A stretch of 63,262 bases of DNA, the filler included, from Reticulomyxa filosa (lineage: Eukaryota; Protista; Foraminifera): the NCBI GenBank assembly GCA_000512085.1. It is 21 parts of 21 records of this genome, joined end to end, with 100 filler letters (N's around TTAATTAATTAA, not from the genome) between each part and the next. Parts side by side here need not be neighbours in the genome. Positions count along the whole stretch, not along the records: positions 9,358 to 14,407 come from ASPP01024008.1; positions 14,508 to 16,532 come from ASPP01020716.1; positions 16,633 to 18,762 come from ASPP01031383.1; positions 18,863 to 20,195 come from ASPP01020796.1; positions 20,296 to 21,906 come from ASPP01033009.1; positions 22,007 to 24,013 come from ASPP01006882.1; positions 24,114 to 28,795 come from ASPP01026143.1; 14 more parts are not named here. One strand, written 5' to 3'. The notes beneath the pieces were generated by a model. The model did not search any database. It was not told the DNA's origin and saw only the letters and a program-made list of their open reading frames with translations. Below, in pieces: positions 13,096 through 25,305 of this stretch (the first letter of the stretch is position 1; each line of letters starts with the position of its first letter). A program made the position numbers and the translations under genes.

Positions 13096-13512
13096 ATTTA
13101 TCCGCTTGTTTGTAGTTCACCGTAAGTTCGGCTTTTTGTAATTTGCAATTAAAACAAAAAAAAGTCGAATTTAGATTATGTGCTTTTCTGCTTTCAATGC
13201 ATTGATCAATCAACTTGCGAATTTTTTTTTTTTCAACACTGACCATAGCAAAAGATGACTATATTTGATGCTTAGGGTAAATTGAAAACCTAATACGTGA
13301 AAATTCTATCCTTGAACTGAATGCTCGGATACCAAAAATTATTTCTAAAGTTTCGGAGAGGTTTGTACGATATTAAAATCAGATGAAGCGCACAAAAATA
13401 ATCATAATAAATACGTCATCGAAATAAGAGCTGTTGGCAATTTGCTCTTAGTTATGATCACAAAAACAAACAAAATGAAAATGGTTTTTTTTATAAAAAA
13501 GATAATTCAACT

Positions 13513-14312
13513 TTAATCAATTTCAGTTATTTCTTCTGTGTTTTTTGTTGCATTGTCGGACCCAAGTTTCTCAGTATTAGTATTAGGGTCAATTTCCTCA
13601 GTATTAAGGTCAAGTTTCTCAGTATCCATTGGCCCTGTACCAACCCATCCTTCAATCTCGCTTGTTACTGTTTTCCAAACACTACTGTTGTAGCTCTTCA
13701 TATCTACATGATATTCTTTGACTATTGCTTGAAGACGATCTGCTGACCTATTTTATTTTTTTTAAATGCATTGATAAATCACAAAAATTGAGTGGAAATG
13801 ATTTGCTCAATTTTTTTAAAAAAATGACATGTAAAGCTTAACTCTTTGTCATGAACTAAGCTAATACACGCACCATTAGTGCCAAATCGGCCAGTGCGAC
13901 CGACCCTGTGCATAAACGTCTCACTGTCAAAAGTAGTTCCACGTTGTCCAGTTTGTGAGTGTTCTCTTTGGTCAATAGGTATTTCGTAGTTGATAACCAG
14001 TTTGACAGAAGGAACGTCAATGCCACGAGCAATCACATTGGTTGCAATTAACACCGAAGTCTTTCCTTCGCGGAATTCACGCATAGTGAGATCTCTCTTA
14101 TCTGGTGCCATGGCGCCGAACAAAACACTACATTGGATACGAAGCTTGTCATTGTCCAAGTCATTAAATAAACCCGTGGCCGCCTTGATGGTGTTCACAA
14201 AGACGATTATTTGTCCGACGTTTACGTGTCGATATAGTTGTTTAAATATTTCCAATTTGTCTTGTTCATTTTTGCAGTTGATTGCAAAATTTTTCACATT
14301 GTCTAATTTCAC
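13513..14312 (-). CDS. DBP5: DEAD-box RNA helicase DBP5/DDX19, C-terminal RecA2 part (5' truncated by contig end)
   Basis: LDNVKNF...VGQIIVFVNT, VLIATNVIARGIDV, VINYEIP and DSETFMHRVGRTGRFG. The NVIARGID and GRTGRFG forms are typical of DBP5/DDX19. Confidence 0.8.
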
Positions 14313-14507
14313 ACTCTTCCTATAATATTTTATTTTATTTTATTTTATTTTCCCCCTCCTCCTCAATCTTGGTCCCTTTTTGCTCACAAATCTACTTTTT
14401 TTTTTTTNNNNNNNNNNNNNNNNNNNNNNNNNNNNNNNNNNNNNNNNNNNNTTAATTAATTAANNNNNNNNNNNNNNNNNNNNNNNNNNNNNNNNNNNNN
14501 NNNNNNN

Positions 14508-16479
14508 TTGCTGCTGTTGTTGCTGTTGTTGCTGTTGTTGCTGCCATCCATTGCTTCTCTTCCTTCTTTCTCTTTCTTCGTGCTTCCTCTGTCGCTTTCA
14601 TTTTCGCGTCTATCTCTATCCCTTTTCCTCTTCCCTTCCCTGTCTCTTTTTCTATGTCCATCGCCGACATTGCCATTGGCATTCCTGATGTTGATGTTGA
14701 TGGCATTGGTATTGACATTGGCATTGCTGTTGGCGCGGTCTCCATCTCCACGTCCGTCTCTTTCCATTGCGATACAAATTCCATGTCGATGCACTGCACG
14801 TCTTGAATCGGTGTGCAATGGACGGACTGCGACGAATTGCAGACTGTGTTGCCCATTCCATCTTTCATTCCATTCAAACTCTGTTTCTCCACGAGCAACT
14901 TTTGGATCATTTGATCCATTTCTATGTCCTCTGCCAACTTTTCTTGGTACATTGATTGCACCATCTAATTTCACATCAATTCCATATATGTTTATATATG
15001 TAAACATATAATAATACGTATATGTGTATATTTATTAGGAGATTATGTGTATATCCGAATCACAACAACAACAAATAATAATAATAAAATTAAGCAAACT
15101 CCTCCCACTCTCCCTTTCATCCACGTATCCATCAATAGTAATTACCAAAAAAAAAAAAAAAAAAAAAAAAAAAATTAAAAAATTTGGGGGGTAATTTATA
15201 ACTGAGCGCAGTTGCGGCAAAATTATTTTCGGAAACACCACTTCAAATTGGATGAATAAATGTCCGCGAATTTTTGGATGGCAAGGGTCTGGAATGCCTT
15301 CATTGGGAATACATTTGATGCTGTAGGGTTCAATTATACGTGGCCCATCACAGCACACTCGGAGCACCCGGCGATCCAATGTCACCATATCAAACTTGTA
15401 GCCTGACGTCAAGGCGTCGATCAGTCTGACTTTTTTCTTCATGAACAGGTCCAGTCCTTTTTTTTTTTTTTTGATCATTTTTTTTTATTTTTGTTGTGTT
15501 TCTATTTGATTGGTTTGCATGTTGCCAATGTCTTAATTATTGTTTTGCCATTTTATTTCATTCTTTTTTTTTTTGCACACACGTATACAACTTACAAAAA
15601 CAAATAAAACAAAAGCAATTTATTTTTATAACGAACACAAAATTTCATTTTTTTTTTTTTAATTTCAAAAATTTTAAAAATTTTTTTTTTTTTTTTAAAG
15701 CATGATTGTTTCATACCCTCTCGAACAAATTTCGTATGTGGGATCTGATGTAGTATGATAGTCACATCGCCTGGTATTGTATCTTTCTATTGTTATTTTA
15801 TTTATTTATTTTTTTTTTTTTTTATTGTCTCATCTTTTTTTTTTTTTTTGGAAAGGGAAGGGGAGGGGGAGGGGAAAATAAAATAAAAAACAACAGAAGA
15901 CGAGTTAAATAAACAAAAAAAAAAGGGGACAAAAGTACCAAAAAATGATGATCTCAAAAAAAAAAAAAAGAATTTATTAAAAAAAAAATACAATGAAACT
16001 TCAGTGACTTCGTCACCTTGACACGGAAAAGTAATGCCGTGGCCATGTTCCTTTCCTTGTATGTGAAAGACGAGAAGTGCCTCAGTGGGGGTCACACCAC
16101 CGCCGTTGCAATTGTTGCATACTTCGAACTGCTTTGTGTCGTTGAAAAGAAGAGTTGATGTGGATACGTTGTCATTTGCATTTTCATTTGTGTTATTTGC
16201 GCTATTTGGTACTGTTGTATTGGGATTGGGGTTGGAGTTAGCATTGTTGTCAATATTTTGTGCACGTTCCATAAATTTTCTCTCCTGAATCACCACGCCT
16301 ATTTTGTCTATTCCAAATTTTCCAATGTCTTCTGGCGCATATACTACCTCCAATGGTGCTTGATTCGCTGTCCCGCGGGCCTTCTTCTCGTTTGAAGTGC
16401 ACTTCACTTTGCCTGCTCCATTGCATTGCGTGCACTGACGATTCCGAACTATGCTCATTGTCATTGGTTCTGATCGCAA
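14508..16479 (-). CDS. Type I DnaJ/Hsp40-like protein fragment (CxxCxGxG repeats plus C-terminal domain), multi-exon
   Basis: CTQCNGAG, CNNCNGGG, ITFPCQGDE, DLFMKKKVRLIDALTSG...VTLDRRVL and IPNEGIP...RGHLFIQFEVVFPK. Confidence 0.8.
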
Positions 16480-16632
16480 AAAGTGGGCTAACTCAACCTT
16501 TTTTTTTTTTTTTTTTTTTTTTAGTAACGTGCNNNNNNNNNNNNNNNNNNNNNNNNNNNNNNNNNNNNNNNNNNNNTTAATTAATTAANNNNNNNNNNNN
16601 NNNNNNNNNNNNNNNNNNNNNNNNNNNNNNNN

Positions 16633-17944
16633 TTTTACGACCAATAGCTACAACACGCATAGCTCGTTCCGCGATATTATTATCAACTTCAAGCCTGCCA
16701 TCAGCAAAAACATTTTGTAATGCACGCCAATGATTAAGTGCATAGTTAAAAGCTTTTTCAATTGGCGTATTTGGTATGATGGTTTTCTTTTTCTTAATTA
16801 ACCACCTGCGGAATTTGCGATATACATCACGTAAATATATCCTGCGGTAATGATATCGCTGCTGATAATGTAAATTTCTACATTTGGCTTCAATTGCATA
16901 AATTACAGCTATTTTATTTAATGCATCTAATGCTAGGGAGTCGCCATTAGCAGATTCTGCTATTTCAAAAAACTTACGCCTCACATGAGCCATGCAGCCA
17001 ACCTCGATGATATCGCCACTTGTGTATAACTTATCATATCCAACATATGCGTCAGCTTGCAGATAACCTTTAAAGCTACCCAAGAACTTTTGTGGCGCAG
17101 TTTGGCTGCGGTTAGGGGTATAATCATAAATGGTACATGGATTACAACTAACGCCATCTGCAACATATACCCAAAGCCTACCTTGTTTGGTTTTGCCTTT
17201 GGCAAGCACTGGTACTGGCGTATCATCGGTATGTATCTTGCTAACATTTAACAATTCTATACGCATTAATTCAACTAATGGCTTTAGTAGTGTAGCTGTT
17301 TGTGATACCCAATCACACATTGTGGTGTCTGGAATATCTATACCATGACGTTTAAAGCGTAATGATTGCCTATATAGTGGCAAGGCATCTTGGTATTTGT
17401 TTACAATAACTTCAGCAAGTAATCCTGGACCTGGGATACCTTTAGGTATTGGTTGTATTGGCATTGTTGCGACCTTAACACAACAACCATTTTTACAACC
17501 ATATTTGGTCTTGATATGTTTTTTGACAAATATTTTAGCTGGTATAATATCTAGTTGCTCGTATATTTCTTCGCCTATTTTGTGGCAAGTGCTATTGCAA
17601 AGGTTACATATTAATTCTGCACTTGGCAGTTCATAATGAATCTCGGTTCTTGGCAAATCAGCCGGTAGTTTTTTTCTAATCGCTGGAACGCTAGTTGAGT
17701 CATTCTTGACAGTGCGTGGTGGTTGTTTATCAGTTTCCAATCCTACTGGCTTTTGCTTCTCTGATTTCTTCCCGTATAGTATGCGCAATAGCTGGTCTAT
17801 TCTGGATTGTAGTTGTGCTAATTGATTGTTAAACGAGTCGGTTAATTTTTTTAATTCTTCATGCAAGCTATTATTTTGTTTTAACAGCTGCGCGTTTTGC
17901 GATTCTTTCATCGCTAAAATATTTAGTAATTCAATCACATTCAT
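16633..17944 (-). CDS. tnpC: IS66 DDE transposase TnpC (C-terminus truncated)
   Basis: Coiled-coil N-terminus ending YGKKSEK, zinc-finger CNLC...EQLDIIPA...YGC, KYQDALPLYRQS, IHTDDTP, GYLQADAYVGY, GCMAHVRRKF and EVDNNIAERAMRVVAIGRK. Confidence 0.95.
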
Positions 17945-18015
17945 AACCTAGTATAATAACCATATACCAGGCTATTGTATGTGATCCTTTGCCCATTTTG
18001 GCCTTGTTCTAACAG

Positions 18016-18350
18016 CTATATTGCTCGCAAACGCTGGTTTGTGGTTAAATCTATCCCCTCTAGCAATAGATTTAAGTCGGATAAGCTAATTTTATACCTC
18101 TTCCCGCCAATCCTGGGCAATCTAAATCTTCCTTCCGCCAGGCATTTGTACGTCATTACAAACCCATTGCTTTCCAGTGCAGAATTTTTTACCTTAACAC
18201 CACCTCTACCAAAAAAACAAACAAACTGTTACTTTTAGGATCTAACTCAAATTCCTGTTGTACCATCGCTGCTAAACTAAAACAACCTTTACGCATGTCC
18301 ACAGACTGTGATGCAACAAATACTGATATATCTGGCGATGGTATTAACAT
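18016..18350 (-). CDS. tnpB: IS66 TnpB (Orf2); two apparent single-base frameshifts; absent from the ORF track
   Basis: Manual translation: MLIPSPDISVFVASQSVDMRKGCFSLAAMVQQEFELDPKSNSLFVF / FGRGGVKVKILHW / SNGFVMTYKCLAEGRFRLP...LNLLLEGIDL. The DMRKG and LLLEGIDL motifs are typical. The start overlaps the tnpA stop. Confidence 0.85.
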
Positions 18351-18685
18351 GATTTAGCTCGAATATTTAGTATTAGCTCTGTCAGCTGTTGCATCGATAT
18401 TGCATGTGGTATTTCAAGCTTTATTCCATTATCAATATTTATTATCCATTTATCCGGCAAATCATCTGTAACATGTAGTTCCATAAATGAGGTTGTTTTT
18501 GCATCCTTGCTATTAGCTTTGCGCCAACAGCCTAAATAATACGCAAAATGGTCCGTATTTATGCCGCGTTGCTTACAGTAATTAACTTGACTCTCATCGC
18601 TTGTGTTGTAGTCTTCAATTATTTTGAACCAGGCTGCGCGTTTGGACTTGTAATCTTTATTAGCTGCTGAAATTAAATCTTGCAT
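18344..18685 (-). CDS. tnpA: IS66 TnpA (HTH accessory protein)
   Basis: WFKIIEDYNTSDESQVNYCKQRGINTDHFAYYL HTH, F-x-E-L motif and C-terminal NGIKLEI; located first in the tnpA-B-C order. Confidence 0.85.
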   Translation of the reverse strand: MQDLISAANKDYKSKRAAWFKIIEDYNTSDESQVNYCKQRGINTDHFAYYLGCWRKANSKDAKTTSFMELHVTDDLPDKWIINIDNGIKLEIPHAISMQQLTELILNIRAKSC

Positions 18686-18736
18686 TGCTTACTCCATTAA
18701 TTAAAAATAAGTTATTAACAGAGAAAATTAATTTTA

Positions 18737-18762
18737 GTAAGATGTCATCACCGGGTGATTAC
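18737..18762 (-). repeat. IS66 left terminal inverted repeat (5'-GTAATCACCCGGTGATGACATCTTAC)
   Basis: Begins with the IS66-typical GTAA and coincides with the contig end. The partner IR is not in the window, so the length is approximate. Confidence 0.65.
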
Positions 18763-19099
18763 NNNNNNNNNNNNNNNNNNNNNNNNNNNNNNNNNNNNNN
18801 NNNNNNTTAATTAATTAANNNNNNNNNNNNNNNNNNNNNNNNNNNNNNNNNNNNNNNNNNNNTCGGTTTTCTACAAATGACAAAAAACAAAGGCAATACA
18901 CATATGCATATATATAAATATATACACATATATATATATATATATATATAATGAAATATATAAATGTAATATATAACATATGATTATATGCATATCGTAA
19001 ATAACAAATACAAAATATGAACTTGTTTCTCCAAACGCTTTTTTAAGTTGTTAATGGTCGCTTGCAATGGTTTTTTTTGGTTTGCTCTGCTTTTAATTG

Positions 19100-19990
19100 T
19101 CCATCGAGTTCGTCTTGAATGGACTGATACTTGTCTTTATGTGAGATCAACTCTTTTTCTTGTTCTTCTATTTTGCTTTTCAACTTCCGTATTTGTTTCC
19201 TTTTTCTTTAATGTCTTTCACCGTTGCTTCATCCCTTTTTTCAGTTCTTTTATTCTCCATTCAACGTTTTCTAACTCTTTGTTCAATCTTTCGAACATAT
19301 TTTCTCGATCCCATCTCGCTTGTTTTGTTTTTTTTTCCTGCAATTTTGATATTACATATGCATATACATACATGTATATATATATACATATATGTGTATA
19401 TGTATATATCATCACTTTTGTTTTTTTTTTTTTTTTTTGTTAAAAAAAAAAACAATATAATTGAAAACACAGCAACAAACATGTTGTGTTGCAAAAGTGA
19501 CAGCTCCATTCTTGATGCCCCGTAATTCATTCAAAAGGTGTTGTTGAAACGTGTTAAAGTCGTCCAATACATTGGCGTGTAATGTATCTCTTTCGGTGAT
19601 TGCTTTTTGCAGCGTACGTGACAATATGGAATCGCTGCTATCGAAAGGCAGCGCTTTTTCTTCTTCCATGCCATTCAACGTATGCGATTCGCGGATTATT
19701 GCTTGCTTTCTCGCTTTCGCATCTTCTACGTTCAGCACTTCTTGTCTTTCCAGTTGTTCGATTTTCCTTTTGTTCGACGAGCCACTTTCATCTGTGTTTT
19801 TGAGTTTTTTTTTTTCGAAAAAAAAAAAAAGGGGGGAGGAGGGGAAGGGGAAGGGAGAAGAGGTGCAACAAACAAAAAGTACAAATGGGGATAAAAGTAT
19901 TTATCGAATCAAAATGTCATTACTCTCTCTTTCTCTCATAATCTAACATTTGCTCCCATACATTCGTAGGCAGACATACATTGTTGCTTT
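19100..19990 (-). CDS. Hypothetical coiled-coil protein, multi-exon
   Basis: Exon-like ORFs 19412-19738 and 19218-19415 (ENMFERLNKELENVEWRIKELKKGMKQR) separated by poly(A)/(TA)n introns. Boundaries approximate. Confidence 0.4.
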
Positions 19991-20498
19991 AATGTATTCA
20001 ACTGTTTCAGAAGCTATATTTCATTGTCAATCGTGTATATGCATTGTGAGTCATAATTTTTTTGTTTGTTTGTTTTGTTTTCTTCCCTTTTTTGTATCTT
20101 TATCTGTTGCACATCTACGCAAAAAAAAAAAAAAAAAAAAAAACGGTTCTCAATCAAAATTACAAAATACGGACTTTGTTAAAATTTAAAAAAAANNNNN
20201 NNNNNNNNNNNNNNNNNNNNNNNNNNNNNNNNNNNNNNNTTAATTAATTAANNNNNNNNNNNNNNNNNNNNNNNNNNNNNNNNNNNNNNNNNNNNTCACA
20301 ACAAAGTTGCAAAACACATTACATATTATAATATATATATACAATAAAGCGATGGAATGTGATACATGGGATAATATTTTGCTTGTGAATGGAGGGATAG
20401 AGTAGTTCGGTGATATTTTTCGGGAAGAAATGTCAATGTTCTTGAGTTAGGCTTGGTCGTCAGCTTTATTATTTATTATTTTATTTGTTTATTTGTTG

Positions 20499-21906
20499 TT
20501 ATATTTTTTTGATTTCAAAATCGTAAAATGTTCCAATACTCCCTTTTTTTTTAAAAAAAGTAACTGGTGTAACATAAAACAATATTAAAGGATTGGGCAT
20601 GCGCATCGCGGGGTGTTGCATTTGGCTGGTGTGCATGGACCACTGCATGACGGATTGGCTCAACTGGTTGGCCGACTCGTTGAAGGAGTTGACTGCGCTG
20701 GTAAGTTTGTTCATTGACTCAACGAGTCGAGCTAGCGTTTCGTTATCGCTATCATTGCTATTGGTATGCTTGTTCTTTTTCTTTTTCGGCTGCTTCGACT
20801 GTCCTTGTCGTAATACTCCGATTCCACTTTCGGCTTGGATCGTGGCGCTTGGTGTTGCAATCTAATTGAGTCTACTTGATGTTGTCTGAACACAATAACC
20901 CCAGTACATTACACACATAAACATACATACAAAAGCTCAATAATAACAAATATTTGTACATTATATATATACGTGTGTTTGTTTGATGGGGTGCACTTGC
21001 AATTAGCCAACCTATCATTGTTATTGTTATTATATTATTATTATTGTTGTTACTGTTGTCTGCGTCGTCATGGAATAAGAAATCATGTTGAGATTTCTTC
21101 TTTTCGTTGTTGTTTTGTGCAACGTGCGCATCGCGGATAATCTCAACATCGTTGTTGTTGTCGTTGTCGTTATCAGCGGCAATAATTTCAACGGAAATAG
21201 GTTTGTCCAAAATGAACAGGCCGTTAAACAGCAGCACTTGTTTGGCGGGCTCCATGGTTTCAAAAGTGATGACAAACGACCCCAGCACGTCCTTTTCTGC
21301 AAGCACTGACTCGCTGTCCAGTACCGCAAAAAGCGACTCAAAGGACTGCATCATTTCCCGCGCCTTGGTCTCGTCCACATTGCACACATTCATCACATTT
21401 TGCACCGATGGCTTCTTGTCCTTTTCATTTTCGTTCTCGCTGTGGGTGGCTGTACAACGCCGCCAACTGCTTGTAGTAGTTGCTATATTTCCACTTGTTT
21501 TCCTATCGCGTTATTTTTTTTATGGTGTTATTCATTCATACGTGTGCCTTTTTTCTCAATTTCAACAAACCGCACATCCGAAAAAAAATTTTTCAAGCCC
21601 TTTTTTTTTTTTGAAAGGGGGAAAAAAGTTAAGTATACAATACAGTAAAAAAGATAAGAAAAATATTTTCCAGCACACCATAACAAGGGACCAGGTCAGA
21701 ATACAAAAAAAAGTTTGATGTGCATTTAAAAAAAAAAAAACACCTATGTATAAATAAAATCTTCATTCCATCTCCCTTTCTACTCGTGCCCCCTTAAAAA
21801 AAAAAAATGTAACCCCAGATTGCAACGAGGAATGGTCAGGTGTGTCCGAAACCGTGACGAATCTCGTTTCGATGGGTGGGATATATGTCCATAATGGCCA
21901 GTGTGG
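20499..21906 (-). CDS. Hypothetical protein with a possible divergent RRM, multi-exon
   Basis: GSFVITFETMEPAKQVLLFNGLFILDKPISVEI resembles the RNP1-to-beta4 half of an RRM. Further same-strand exons lie at about 20500-20890 and 21810-21906. Confidence 0.4.
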
Positions 21907-22006
21907 NNNNNNNNNNNNNNNNNNNNNNNNNNNNNNNNNNNNNNNNNNNNTTAATTAATTAANNNNNNNNNNNNNNNNNNNNNNNNNNNNNNNNNNNNNN
22001 NNNNNN

Positions 22007-22042
<36 letters not shown>

Positions 22043-23440
22043 CTGTTTCTTTTTGGTTTTGATTATGTGCAATTGGTGAAGGGAGTGCGTTTTATGTTTT
22101 GTTGCTTTTTTTTGCCAAATTCTTTTGTTGCGTAACTTATCATCAACCCATTTTTGCCAATGTGACTATTGATAATGAAACAGGTGGTTCCATTTCTTTT
22201 GTGTTTTGTTATTTATATTCTTTCTTTTATGTCAAATTGAGGACTTAGTTGCTTTGCTCTTTTTGTTGACTTGTTATTTGAAATGGATTGACTCTTTGCA
22301 TCTTGAGATGGTCGCTCAAAGAGAATTTTTTGACTGTGTTTGTATACATTTGGGATGCAATCTTAATGTCACATAAACGCAGACCTTTCAAACGTAAAAG
22401 TACATTTGTGTTAACGCTTAAGGTTATGGCTTAATCCGTGAGCAAATAGGTTATACGTAAATGTATTGGCAACATAATATACTATTAACCGCATATTAGA
22501 TTAATTTTTACTACTATGCAATGAATCTCTTGAACCATTTGCAAATGTTTATTGTTGCCAATTTTAATGATTTTTCAAGTGGCCTTAGATTATGCGAATT
22601 TTATTCGAACATGCGATATGTAAAAATTACATTTGTATGACTTTGTGTTGATTTTTATTTAATTGAAAAACTTCAATTTTAACTGTTTTTGAATTGAAAT
22701 TACTTAAAAGAGAACAATATTTTTCAAATTGTGTTTGTTTGTTTTGGTTAAAATATGACGTGGGAAAGAAAAAAGCATTAATTCAATTCTTCACACTTAA
22801 AAATTGAGCAAGTCATTGACTTGTACTAATGCACTTGGTAAGACTACCTCCAAGTGAGACCAGCTAGCTAGTGTTCATTTTTAAAAAATGCAAACATCAT
22901 ATCATACTATACGCTACAATGATAAGATCGTAATTGCAAGCACTCGCACAATGATTAATAGTAATTGCATTAATTTTCTGAGATTAAAATCCAAGTTAGT
23001 TGCGTTGCTTAGCAACAGTTTGTTCAAAGGTTACTTTGCTAGTTAATCGCTTGCTTTTTTTTATTATTATTATCTTTCTTTTTGAAAGAGTTGAGAACGC
23101 AGGAGAAAAAAAAAGACAAAAAAAAAAAAAAATTGAACCAAACTACCGATGATTTTTTTTTTTAACCAAATTTGAACATTAGATTGTGTTTTTTTGTGCC
23201 TACAAGGAGATCACCCTTAATCTTGGTGGGTTTCTTCATTACGATTATTTGAATCGTGAACATTGTCCCATTCAGTGACAGAGACGCGACTCAAATTGAG
23301 CGTATCGAGGGTTGGTTCCGGAGGATCAAGTGAAGTTGCACTGGACTCTGTCAAGCCATTGCGTACTGTTTGTGGCTGTACTGGCATTCCATTTCTTTTT
23401 TTTTTTTTTTGGTACCAAACAAAAGAACTTCAAACATATG

Positions 23441-23932
23441 TTAACTTTGAGAAAAATAGAAAAAAAAAAAGGGACTCTGTTTTTTGTTTTTTTTGAACGA
23501 GTTCAAAAGAGGGGTTTGTGTATCCGGGATCGTCGGGGATATGCCTTCGCTCGTAATGCTATCGCTTCTTGGTCGAGTGACAGGAGTGGTTAGTAGTGTA
23601 TTGGAGGCCTGGAGGATGTTATACGTAGTGGAAGAACTAGAGGACGGCGTGGCAGGTGTTTTCTTTTGAGGAGATGACGCGAATACAGAAGTGAGCCAAG
23701 AATCTATATACGTCTCCAAGGTATTGACTTTCAAACATCCTAACACCAAAGCCGGAGAGCAACACACTGCCCAACAGCAAAGATTGAACGCCAAGCCAAA
23801 CACAAACGAAGTCAGCCACCAATGATAGAGCCAGTACTTCAAGCCATACAAGCGACAATCAAAATGCAAACTGGATTCATAGATTGGGAAATGGGGGTTG
23901 CTCATTATCACTTTGGATTTACACAAAGGCAA
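23441..23932 (-). CDS. Seipin (BSCL2/Fld1)-like, C-terminal part
   Basis: PIYESSLHFDCRLYGLKYWLYHWWLTSFVFG followed by a TM segment matches the seipin end-of-luminal-domain motif (IYxAxLxFxAxLxGLRYxMYxWPxxSxxxG). Confidence 0.7.
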   Translation of the reverse strand: MPLCKSKVIMSNPHFPIYESSLHFDCRLYGLKYWLYHWWLTSFVFGLAFNLCCWAVCCSPALVLGCLKVNTLETYIDSWLTSVFASSPQKKTPATPSSSSSTTYNILQASNTLLTTPVTRPRSDSITSEGISPTIPDTQTPLLNSFKKNKKQSPFFFFYFSQS

Positions 23933-24414
23933 ATCCTTTATCCAAATTAAAATTTACAAGCCAAACATACAATTTTATTATTATTAAAAAATAAATAATA
24001 AAAAAAAAAAGAGNNNNNNNNNNNNNNNNNNNNNNNNNNNNNNNNNNNNNNNNNNNNTTAATTAATTAANNNNNNNNNNNNNNNNNNNNNNNNNNNNNNN
24101 NNNNNNNNNNNNNTTCAACTATCATGAAAAGGTAACAATCCAATAAAAAAATCTAAGCATATCAGTAGTAAACGAATTCCTTATTAAAACGAAATGAGCC
24201 CACTCTGGTAACTCCCGTTAAATATCAACGCGCTGTCCGCGCGTTGGAAAAGCAAAAGAAGGCGTAGTGTACACCATATTACTGGTGTGAACAGAAAAAT
24301 ACCACACAATGCCTTACAACTCACTCTAAGAAAAACGAAATTTAAATATTAAAAGAATTTTGGTAAAGATTTTTACGAAAATATTGGTAGAATTGCAGAA
24401 TATTGATGTATAGC

Positions 24415-24969
24415 TTACTTGCAATGTGTACTTATTGCTAGTGCGTTGCCTTTCTGTAGGGCCACACTTATTATTTGATATACTACTCGCTTGGCAGCTG
24501 CTTCATCTTGGCCTTCTCTGTCGGCAATTACGCGCGCCAATGTGCCACAAAATTTCTTGGTCTCTGCATGGCATCCGCCCATTGTCTCCATAATCAACGG
24601 TATGTATGTGATTCCTTCTTGATCGCAGCTATCCTTGTTCTTTGCCAATTTTTGTCGGTAATGTGTGTCTGCTCCTTGCAACCTTTCTTGGGATGATGCT
24701 AGGACCGATGTATGTGTAATTCCTACGTCAAGGTATGTCATTTCGGTCTTGGTCCCAAACCATTTTAATGCAATATCGCCTGGTCTTCTGTTGTCACGGT
24801 CATTCAATCTCGCCTCACGTTGATGCTGCAGTCCGGCGCGGTTCAGAAGTGTTGATATGCACTGGACGACGGCATTGTGTCGCGCGATTCGACCTTTTCT
24901 ATGACGACAGATCAATGCGTGGTCTCCGAATTGATCCATTTTTTGCTCGCAAGTCCTCCTCCCATGCAT
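24415..24969 (-). pseudogene. CCHC knuckle and PD-(D/E)xK restriction-like endonuclease of the CRE-like element
   Basis: C...DHALIC, RHN, RPGD, LDV, K-x2-K and IPLIMETMGG. Confidence 0.88.
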
Positions 24970-25305
24970 TTGTGGCTCGTTGTTACTGGTTGCGATAAAC
25001 GAAGGTGCGTGATTGACTGAAACTCCTTATTACTGAAGGACAGCCTCTGGAAGTTGCTGGGAGGGGCGTGTAGGTACTCTGAAGACCTGCTCGCTGATAA
25101 GGATAATGTAATTGCTTTCGTCCTGTCGGGAGCTTCTCGGAGGAACGATGAGATTTGGTTGTTGGTGATTATTTGGCCCAATTTCGCTTGTGACGGGATG
25201 ATCAACGCGTTGTTGATGTTGTATGGGATCGCTGCTCTTTGGTTGAAATGATAAATTGCATTATCTGTTTCACGGTCTTCTATCCATCTCAAATTGGGAT
25301 GTTTC

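Larger units (their letters stand above)
16633..18762 (-). mobile_element. Bacterial IS66-family insertion sequence (tnpA-tnpB-tnpC); left end intact, right part cut by contig end
   Basis: Canonical three-gene order. The contig ends exactly at a 5'-GTAA terminus on the minus strand. No introns, and a Shine-Dalgarno GGAG lies before tnpA. Confidence 0.93.

Noticed and set aside
18016-18350. IS66 tnpB as an RNA-guided TnpB nuclease, or its frameshifts as programmed
   Set aside because: IS66 TnpB is a roughly 110-aa accessory protein unrelated to IS200/IS605 TnpB. The indels sit in short homopolymers and look like sequencing errors.
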